Under the pieces are notes generated by a model that had not been told where the DNA came from, did no database searches, and was given only the letters and a program-made list of their open reading frames with translations. Positions 58,308-64,000 of a DNA stretch of 64,000 nt are shown here, piece by piece; the stretch's first letter is position 1, and each line of letters opens with the position of its first letter. The stretch is from Chitinophagaceae bacterium. Its GTDB lineage: Bacteria; Bacteroidota; Bacteroidia; Chitinophagales; JADJOU01. Location of the stretch: the NCBI GenBank assembly GCA_017495115.1, contig JAFEIJ010000030.1:1709-65708 (forward strand). Reading direction: 5' to 3'. A program made the position numbers and the translations under genes.

Positions 58308-59390
58308 TTACAACTCGTTTAAAATATGTTTGGCAACGGTTTCTGAGGCGTTTTTTACGCCAATTGCAGTTTTTAGTTTTTGATATTCCATCAATAAGAC
58401 CTCTTTTTTATTTCCTGACGAAAGGGCTTTCATTTCTTGATATAATAGCGTTGGGTTTAAATCCTCTTGAATCAATTCTTTAACCACTTCTTTTTGCATA
58501 ATTAAATTAACAAGAGAAATATAAGGCACTTGAATCAACTTTTTAGCCAAAAAATAATTAATCGGCGTTGTTTTATAACACACGATCTGAGGCGTATCAA
58601 GCAAAGCCGCTTGCAACGTAGCTGTTCCTGATGCCACCAATGCCAAATCGGCGCGTTTTAGCACTTCTAGCGGCGCATCCCAAATGAGTTCAACGTCTTT
58701 ATCTTTTATAAATTTTTGATAATAATCGGCACCTAAATAACGTAAAGCGGCAATCTGAAACGTATAATTTGGAAAATGGTCTTTCATTTGAAGCAAGACG
58801 GGCAAAATCGATTCAATCTCTTGTTTGCGGCTTCCCGGCAGTATTGCAATATGATTACCTTTTTTTTCTATATGTTCCTTTTCTATGGATTGTAACAACG
58901 GATGCCCGACAAACGAAACAGGAATATCATATTTTTTAAAAAACTCGGATTCAAAAGGTAAAATCACAAATAAATGATTTACATATTTCGCTAATTGATG
59001 GCTTCGTTTGGCTTTCCAAGCCCAAGCCTGTGGCGCAATATAATAGTAAATTTTATATTGATGTGCATAGAGCCACGGAAGCAGCCGCATATTAAAACCA
59101 GGATAGTCAATCAAAATTACTGCATCCGGTTGTATTTGTTTGATTTCGGATTTGATTTGTTTAAAATTTTTGAAAATAGTCACTAAGTTTTTGAGTACTT
59201 CCCAAAAACCCATAAACGCCAAATCTTTGTAATGTTTCAAAATTTTGGCACCAGCCGCCTGCATTTTATCGCCGCCCCATGCATAAATTTCGAGATTGGG
59301 ATTTTCCAAAAATAACTTTTTAACCAATTCGGCACCATGCAAATCTCCAGAAGCCTCACCCGAAACAATAAATATTTTTTTTGAATTCAA
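58308..59390 (-). CDS. lpxB: Lipid-A-disaccharide synthase
   Basis: 360 aa. IFIVSGEASGDLHGA, IDYPGFN, YYIAPQAWAWK, LPGSR, ASGTATL. Confidence 0.9.
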   Translation of the reverse strand: MNSKKIFIVSGEASGDLHGAELVKKLFLENPNLEIYAWGGDKMQAAGAKILKHYKDLAFMGFWEVLKNLVTIFKNFKQIKSEIKQIQPDAVILIDYPGFNMRLLPWLYAHQYKIYYYIAPQAWAWKAKRSHQLAKYVNHLFVILPFESEFFKKYDIPVSFVGHPLLQSIEKEHIEKKGNHIAILPGSRKQEIESILPVLLQMKDHFPNYTFQIAALRYLGADYYQKFIKDKDVELIWDAPLEVLKRADLALVASGTATLQAALLDTPQIVCYKTTPINYFLAKKLIQVPYISLVNLIMQKEVVKELIQEDLNPTLLYQEMKALSSGNKKEVLLMEYQKLKTAIGVKNASETVAKHILNEL

Positions 59391-59408
59391 CGTATTTTCA
59401 ATTAATTG

Positions 59409-59741
59409 TTACCCAAAACTGGTCCCGCATCCACAGGTAGTTTGAGCATTTGGGTTGATAAAAATAAAACCTCTATTGTTGAGCCCGCCTTCATAATCTA
59501 CTTTGAGTCCCAACAATTTAGCGGCATGCTGCGAATCAATAATAATTTCAAAATCTTGAATTTTAGAAACAATATCGGATGGATTTTGCTCATCAAATTC
59601 AAAAATATAGGTCAAACCCGAACATCCTCCATTTTTATAGCCCACACGCAATTTTTTTTGATCCTCTTCTTTAGCTTTTAGCTTCAAAACTTGTTTGATT
59701 GCATTGGTTGAAAATGATACAATTTCTCCAGTAAACTCCAT
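59409..59741 (-). CDS. Iron-sulfur cluster insertion/assembly protein (IscA/HesB family)
   Basis: I chose the ATG at 59741 (MEFTGEIVSFS...), giving 110 aa. GGCSGLTY, and the C-terminus CGCGTSFG. Confidence 0.85.
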   Translation of the reverse strand: MEFTGEIVSFSTNAIKQVLKLKAKEEDQKKLRVGYKNGGCSGLTYIFEFDEQNPSDIVSKIQDFEIIIDSQHAAKLLGLKVDYEGGLNNRGFIFINPNAQTTCGCGTSFG

Positions 59742-59810
59742 TTTAAAAAAATTTGTTATGATAATAAAACAAAATAGATTTATTTTGCGTTCCAAACTTA
59801 AAATAAAAAA

Positions 59811-60350
59811 ATGAACGATGCAACTTTTATCGAAATAATAAAATATTTCATTCCATTGATTGCCATGATTGCTTTGGTCTATCTATTCTTAGAACATTGG
59901 AAAAAGCAAGAAAGCCTCCGACAGCGCATTCAGCTTAATAAGGAATACAAAGCGTTAATTTTGCCTACGCGCGTACAAGCTTTTGAACGAATGATTCTTT
60001 TTTTAGAACGTATTTCGCCAAATCATCTGATTACCCGTCTTAATAATAGTCAGTTTTCGGCACAAGAGTTTCAATATATTTTGACCAAAGAAATCAATGA
60101 TGAATATGAACATAATTTGTCGCAACAGCTTTATATTTCTTCAAAAACATGGAGCGTAATTTCCTTGGCAAAAGATCAAACCATTCAAGAAATATTAAAT
60201 GCCGCGCAGTCTTTGGCGCCTAATGCTACAGCAAAAGATTTAGCTTTAAAAATATTGAACGTAAGTCTTCAAAATAATAAAAATATACCCACAAAATCGG
60301 CTATTGAGCAACTAAAGGCGGATTTTAGTTCTTTAATTATTGGAAAATAA
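59811..60350 (+). CDS. Hypothetical membrane-anchored protein (179 aa)
   Basis: Single N-terminal TM (FIPLIAMIALVYLFL). No family recognised. Confidence 0.45.
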   Translation: MNDATFIEIIKYFIPLIAMIALVYLFLEHWKKQESLRQRIQLNKEYKALILPTRVQAFERMILFLERISPNHLITRLNNSQFSAQEFQYILTKEINDEYEHNLSQQLYISSKTWSVISLAKDQTIQEILNAAQSLAPNATAKDLALKILNVSLQNNKNIPTKSAIEQLKADFSSLIIGK

Positions 60351-60356
60351 AAGAAA

Positions 60357-60908
60357 ATGGAAGAAATAAAAAATGGACAATTTTTAATCAGCGAGCCTTT
60401 TTTGCTCGATGATGCATTCCGAAGAAGCGTGATCATGATGCTCGACCATAATGAAAATGAAAGCTTTGGGCTTATCATCAATAAAAAAATGCCCTATAAA
60501 ATTTCGGAAATTAATTTAGGCATTGTCCGTGATGACATTGACTTGTATTTTGGAGGCCCCGTTGATACCAATCGTATATTTTTTGTTCATAAAACAAAAG
60601 AATTAAAAAATGCGATTCCTATTGGAAATGGGCTTTATTGGAATGGCGATATTGATGAAATGAAAGCCATGCTCGACATTGAATATATTTTACCCGAAGA
60701 TATTCGATTTTATTTAGGTTATTCGGGCTGGGGAAAAGATCAATTAAAAGAGGAATTAATTGAAAAATCTTGGATTTTATCCGATCTTAAACCAGAGTTG
60801 ATTTTTAACCCTAAAACCGATGATGAACTATGGAAAACCGCTATAGAAAGCCTTGGCGAACCTTATGCGGAAATGATTCATTATCCGATTAATCCACAGT
60901 TGAATTAG
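60357..60908 (+). CDS. YqgE/AlgH-family protein (UPF0301)
   Basis: 183 aa. GQFLISEPFLLDDAFRRSVIMMLDHNENESFGLIINK, GGPV, GYSGWGKDQLKEEL. Confidence 0.85.
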   Translation: MEEIKNGQFLISEPFLLDDAFRRSVIMMLDHNENESFGLIINKKMPYKISEINLGIVRDDIDLYFGGPVDTNRIFFVHKTKELKNAIPIGNGLYWNGDIDEMKAMLDIEYILPEDIRFYLGYSGWGKDQLKEELIEKSWILSDLKPELIFNPKTDDELWKTAIESLGEPYAEMIHYPINPQLN

Positions 60909-60947
60909 TTTTAGATAATTTTAAAAGGTATCTTAAATGTAGTTTAC

Positions 60948-62195
60948 CTATTTATTACTAAAAAGCAGACTACCATCTCCGTAGCTCAAAAATCTAAAAT
61001 CATGAGCTAATGCATAATCATAAATCGTTTTCCAATCTTCGCCTACCACTGCAGCTACAAGTAAAAGTAACGTAGAACTGGGTTGATGAAAATTCGTGAT
61101 AAGTGCTTGGATAATTCTTAACTTATAAATAGGAACGATGAGTAATTGCGTTTTACAAATAATTTTTTCAATTTTGTTTTTATCAAGCCATGCGAGTAAA
61201 CTGTTTAAAGCGTCTAATGCTGACAATTCTTGGTTGAGCTCATAAGCATCCCATTGTTTCACTTCCAAATCTTGAATAGGGACTTCTATATTTTGATTGG
61301 CTTTCACGCCCATCCAATACAAAGATTCAATCGTTCTCATGGAGGTCGTTCCTACGGCAATGATATTTTTCTTAGAATGATTCTCCGATAATTGATGTAT
61401 AAGCTTTTGGATTGAATCTTTCGACACTTCAATCCATTCCGCGTGCATATCGTGACCTTCCAGTGTTTCACTTTTCACAGGCTTAAATGTGCCTGCACTG
61501 ACATGAAGCGTCACATAGTCTATTAAGGCTTTTTTTGAATTCAGTTTTTCAAAAATATCATTCGTAAAATGAAGTCCTGCGGTAGGCGCTGCTACAGATC
61601 CCTCTTGGGTAGCATAAACGGTTTGATATCTACTTTTATCTATAGCTTCACTTTCTCTTTTTAAATAAGGGGGAATGGGAATATTTCCAACTTTTTCAAG
61701 AACTTCCGCAAAGCATAAATCTTCGGGCTGCCAGCTAAAATTTACAGTAAATAAATTTCCATTTCGTTTTACAATTTCTGCTTGTAACGTGCAATCATTT
61801 TTCTGAATGCATATCTGATTTTCTTTCCACCGATCCAAGCGGCCAATCAAACATTCCCAAGCGACCGATTGTTTTTTAATCATGGCCGAAGAAGGTTCTG
61901 CATCCTCACCACTGGGCTCTAAACAAAAAATTTCGATATTTGAATCATTTGCATTTTTAAAATGAAGACGCGCTTGAATTACCTTAGAATTATTAAAAAC
62001 AAACAAAGCGTTTTCTGAAATATGTTGATCCAAATTTTTATAAATATCTTCGGTGATATTCCCATTTTGATATACCAATAATTTACTTAAATCGCGTTCT
62101 TCTAAAGGATATTTTGCAATACGATCATTAGGTAAATCATACGTAAAATCTTTAATTTGGACTTCTTGTGCCTTTTTTTTATTATTTGTATCCAT
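60948..62195 (-). CDS. queA: S-adenosylmethionine:tRNA ribosyltransferase-isomerase
   Basis: 415 aa. IAKYPLEERDLSKLLV, PIPPYL, YQTVYA...GSVAAPTAGLHF, VGTTS.RT.ES, ITNFHQPSSTLLLLV, RFLSYGD. Confidence 0.9.
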   Translation of the reverse strand: MDTNNKKKAQEVQIKDFTYDLPNDRIAKYPLEERDLSKLLVYQNGNITEDIYKNLDQHISENALFVFNNSKVIQARLHFKNANDSNIEIFCLEPSGEDAEPSSAMIKKQSVAWECLIGRLDRWKENQICIQKNDCTLQAEIVKRNGNLFTVNFSWQPEDLCFAEVLEKVGNIPIPPYLKRESEAIDKSRYQTVYATQEGSVAAPTAGLHFTNDIFEKLNSKKALIDYVTLHVSAGTFKPVKSETLEGHDMHAEWIEVSKDSIQKLIHQLSENHSKKNIIAVGTTSMRTIESLYWMGVKANQNIEVPIQDLEVKQWDAYELNQELSALDALNSLLAWLDKNKIEKIICKTQLLIVPIYKLRIIQALITNFHQPSSTLLLLVAAVVGEDWKTIYDYALAHDFRFLSYGDGSLLFSNK

Positions 62196-62283
62196 TTTAT
62201 ATTCAAAACTTATTTAAACCTATTTAATTTAGACTGTAAAATTATCTCGTTTTTTTTAAATCATTTACATTTGAATTTATATT

Positions 62284-62314
62284 AAAAAAAAAGGAACCTC
62301 TTTCGAAGTTCCTT
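62284..62314 (-). terminator. Rho-independent terminator downstream of the atpG relic
   Basis: AAGGAAC...GTTCCTT stem (62291-62314) preceded on the plus strand by A9, which is a T-run on the minus strand after the hairpin. Confidence 0.65.
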
Positions 62315-62340
62315 TAAAGTATTTTTAAAATTTTGGATGA

Positions 62341-62442
62341 TTAAGCATCTAAAGCGGCTGCTCCGCCTACAATTTCCATAATTTGGTTGGTAATCGCTGC
62401 TTGACGCGCTTTGTTGTATTCGATTTCTAATTTTTCACAACC
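62341..62442 (-). pseudogene. atpG: 3'-terminal relic of the ATP synthase gamma subunit gene
   Basis: The minus-strand translation is ...EKLEIEYNKARQAAITNQIMEIVGGAAALDA, then stop. This is the conserved C-terminal helix of F1 gamma (YNKARQAAIT..EI.EIV.GA.AL). An in-frame stop lies immediately upstream (62443-62445) and nothing further of atpG follows. Confidence 0.7.
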
Positions 62443-64000
62443 TTAAAATGTTCTCTTTTATCCTTTGATATAATAGTCAAAATGTAGGTACCTTTAGTTA
62501 TTGATTTTGTATTGACAATATAGCTATTTTTAAAACTACCACTCAATAATACTTTACCATCAATAGTTGTAAGACTATACTCTTTTTCTTCATTATCTGT
62601 AGCGGTTATATATAAATCATTTTCGAAAGGAACCGGAAATACCAATAATTGATGCTTTTCATCATTTGATATAGATGAGCCTGCTAATGAAATAATATTA
62701 GAAGGATCGGAGCTACAACCTTGTTCTGTAACCACCACATAATACGAATTATTTGGAGCACCTACATAAACCGTATTGTTAGCACCATTAATTATACCAT
62801 TTAAATCATACCATTGATTTCCATTTAATGAACTTGAGATTAATGAATTACTACTATTTGAAATGGATGGTTTAGCAGGCTTAGGATTTACTATTATACT
62901 TTTTAAAACAATATTTGAATTGCCACATTTATTTATCGCTAAAACACTTAATGTACCTGGCGACGCATTAATTGGAAAATTAATGGTAATTTGATTAGTT
63001 TGACTAGTTCCAAAAAAATTAGTTGGCAATGTCCATAAATAACTTGTTGGATTATTTGAAACATTTGAAATTGAATAAGTGACATTATTTTGCCCTTGAC
63101 AAACAACTGGTGGGCCTGATATTACATCTGTAATAATAGGAACATTTTCAACAGTTAGAATTAAAGTTCGGATGGAATCACAACCATTGCTATTTGCTCC
63201 AATCAATGTATCTATATATGTACCCGAGACACTTCTACCTAAAAAGCTTTGTCCTTGACATATAGATTGATTGATCGTAGAAGTCGTTTTTGGATTTACA
63301 GTTAAAACTAAGGTTCGGATTGAATCGCATCCATTACTATTAATTCCAATCAAAGTGTCAATATATGTACCCGAAATACTTCTACCCAAATAACTTTGTC
63401 CTTGGCATATCGATTGATTGATAGTAGATGTTGTTTTCGGATTAACTGTTAAAACTAAGGTTCGGATTGAGTCGCAGCCTTTACTATTTGCTCCAATTAA
63501 TGTGTCAACATAGGTGCCAGAAATACTCCTACCTAAAAAACTCTGCCCTTGGCATATCGATTGATTAATAGTGGAATTCGTTCTAGGATTGACAGTTAAA
63601 ACTAAGGTTCTAATTGAGTCACAGCCTTTACTATTTGCTCCAATTAACGTATCAATATAAGTGCCCGAAATACTCCTACCCAAATAGCTTTGTCCTTGAC
63701 ATATTGTTTGATTGATAGTAGAATTCGTTTTCGGATTGACCGTTAAAATTAATGTTCGTATTGAATCACAACCCTTACTATTTGCTCCAATTAACGTATC
63801 TATATAAGTACCTGAAATACTACGTCCAAGAAAATTCTGCCCTTGACATATCGTTTGATTTATAGTAGATATTGAAGGAACATTAATTAATAAATTCAAT
63901 GTTAGTATCGAATCACATCCTTTACTATTTATAATGGTATCCAAATAAGTACCTGCTAATGATCGAGAGACTCCATTGAAAGTATAACTCTGTCCTTGAC
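62427..64000 (-). CDS. T9SS type-A-CTD (Por_Secre_tail-like) cargo protein built of ~49-aa tandem repeats; 5' end lies outside the window
   Basis: The reading frame stays open to nt 64000 (...QGQSYTFNGVSRSLAGTYLDTIINSKGCDS...). Repeats follow TINQ.ICQGQ..LGRS.SGTY.DTLIGANS.GCDSIRTL.LTVNP.T.S. C-terminus LLVFPVPFENDLYITATD...GTYILTIISKDKREHFKVVKN. Confidence 0.8.
   Translation of the reverse strand, partial: QGQSYTFNGVSRSLAGTYLDTIINSKGCDSILTLNLLINVPSISTINQTICQGQNFLGRSISGTYIDTLIGANSKGCDSIRTLILTVNPKTNSTINQTICQGQSYLGRSISGTYIDTLIGANSKGCDSIRTLVLTVNPRTNSTINQSICQGQSFLGRSISGTYVDTLIGANSKGCDSIRTLVLTVNPKTTSTINQSICQGQSYLGRSISGTYIDTLIGINSNGCDSIRTLVLTVNPKTTSTINQSICQGQSFLGRSVSGTYIDTLIGANSNGCDSIRTLILTVENVPIITDVISGPPVVCQGQNNVTYSISNVSNNPTSYLWTLPTNFFGTSQTNQITINFPINASPGTLSVLAINKCGNSNIVLKSIIVNPKPAKPSISNSSNSLISSSLNGNQWYDLNGIINGANNTVYVGAPNNSYYVVVTEQGCSSDPSNIISLAGSSISNDEKHQLLVFPVPFENDLYITATDNEEKEYSLTTIDGKVLLSGSFKNSYIVNTKSITKGTYILTIISKDKREHFKVVKN
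63151..64000 (-). repeat. 147-bp in-frame tandem repeat array (at least 5 full copies, continues past the window edge)
   Basis: The same landmark (ACAGTTA.AA.TAA.GTTCG) recurs at 63151, 63298, 63445, 63592 and 63739, and in degenerate form at 63886. That is an exact 147-nt period with high nucleotide identity. Confidence 0.9.

Noticed and set aside
59742-59795. An 18-codon N-terminal extension of the IscA-type gene.
   Set aside because: IscA/HesB proteins are about 105-115 aa, and the internal ATG at 59741 gives the expected N-terminus.
60948-62195. QueA is about 60 aa longer than E. coli QueA. It carries an insertion between VGTTSMRTIESLYW and TQLLIVP.
   Set aside because: The reading frame is clean and the flanking catalytic blocks are intact. 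I suspect a lineage-typical insertion rather than anything novel, but I cannot verify that without alignments.
63151-64000. Regular 147-bp repeats considered as a CRISPR-like array.
   Set aside because: The repeats are contiguous with no unique spacers, are in frame, and translate into a coherent repeat protein with a T9SS CTD. No cas genes are in the window.

Overview
This is an AT-rich chromosomal segment that looks like Bacteroidota, probably Flavobacteriia-like. The evidence for that placement is T9SS sorting domains, PorP/SprF genes, SprB-type repeats and TAnnTTTG -7 promoter boxes. All calls come from reading the supplied ORF translations and the DNA by eye. No BLAST, HMM or folding run was possible, so family names rest on recognised motifs.

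Housekeeping content:
- Replication: dnaA and dnaB.
- Energy and carbon metabolism: a solitary nuoH, fbaB, and the N-terminal subunit of a split transketolase.
- Cofactor and nucleotide genes: folB, nadC, an IscA-type Fe-S carrier.
- Cytochrome c biogenesis: ccmB and a ccmC-like gene.
- RNA modification and processing: dusB, RNase Z, queA, tRNA-Pro(TGG), tRNA-Ser(GCT).
- Envelope: lpxK, lpxB, an LTA-synthase-like sulfatase.
- Others: pepF-like M3 peptidase, an ABC-F ATPase.

The notable content is cell-surface and type IX secretion (T9SS) biology:
- A 3,235-aa type-B-CTD adhesin at 340-10047. It carries 16 SprB-type repeats arranged as a lone unit plus three 389-390-aa super-repeats, and 15 copies of a ~95-aa Cys-bracketed repeat that I could not name.
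- A four-gene operon of two cargo/PorP-SprF pairs at 38575-43865.
- A third PorP/SprF gene paired with a PD40/OmpA protein.
- A TSP3-OmpA protein and a DUF4835 protein.
- A type-A-CTD protein made of near-identical 147-bp tandem repeats, running off the window end.

Other points worth a second look:
- An integrase-less accessory islet at about 18.1-25.2 kb. It holds an XRE regulator, a Cys-rich secreted protein, and a 1,000-aa protein with a caspase-like His/Cys arrangement.
- Within that islet, a RelE/ParE toxin-antitoxin pair plus a decayed duplicate of it.
- A 3' relic of atpG with its terminator, fused to the stop codon of the type-A cargo gene.
- A truncated copy of the tRNA-Pro 5' half carrying a 16-nt GC palindrome.
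- An NlpC/P60 homologue lacking the catalytic Cys and His.
- A PH-like gene truncated at a GC-rich repeat element.

I saw no CRISPR array, rRNA, transposase or integrase.
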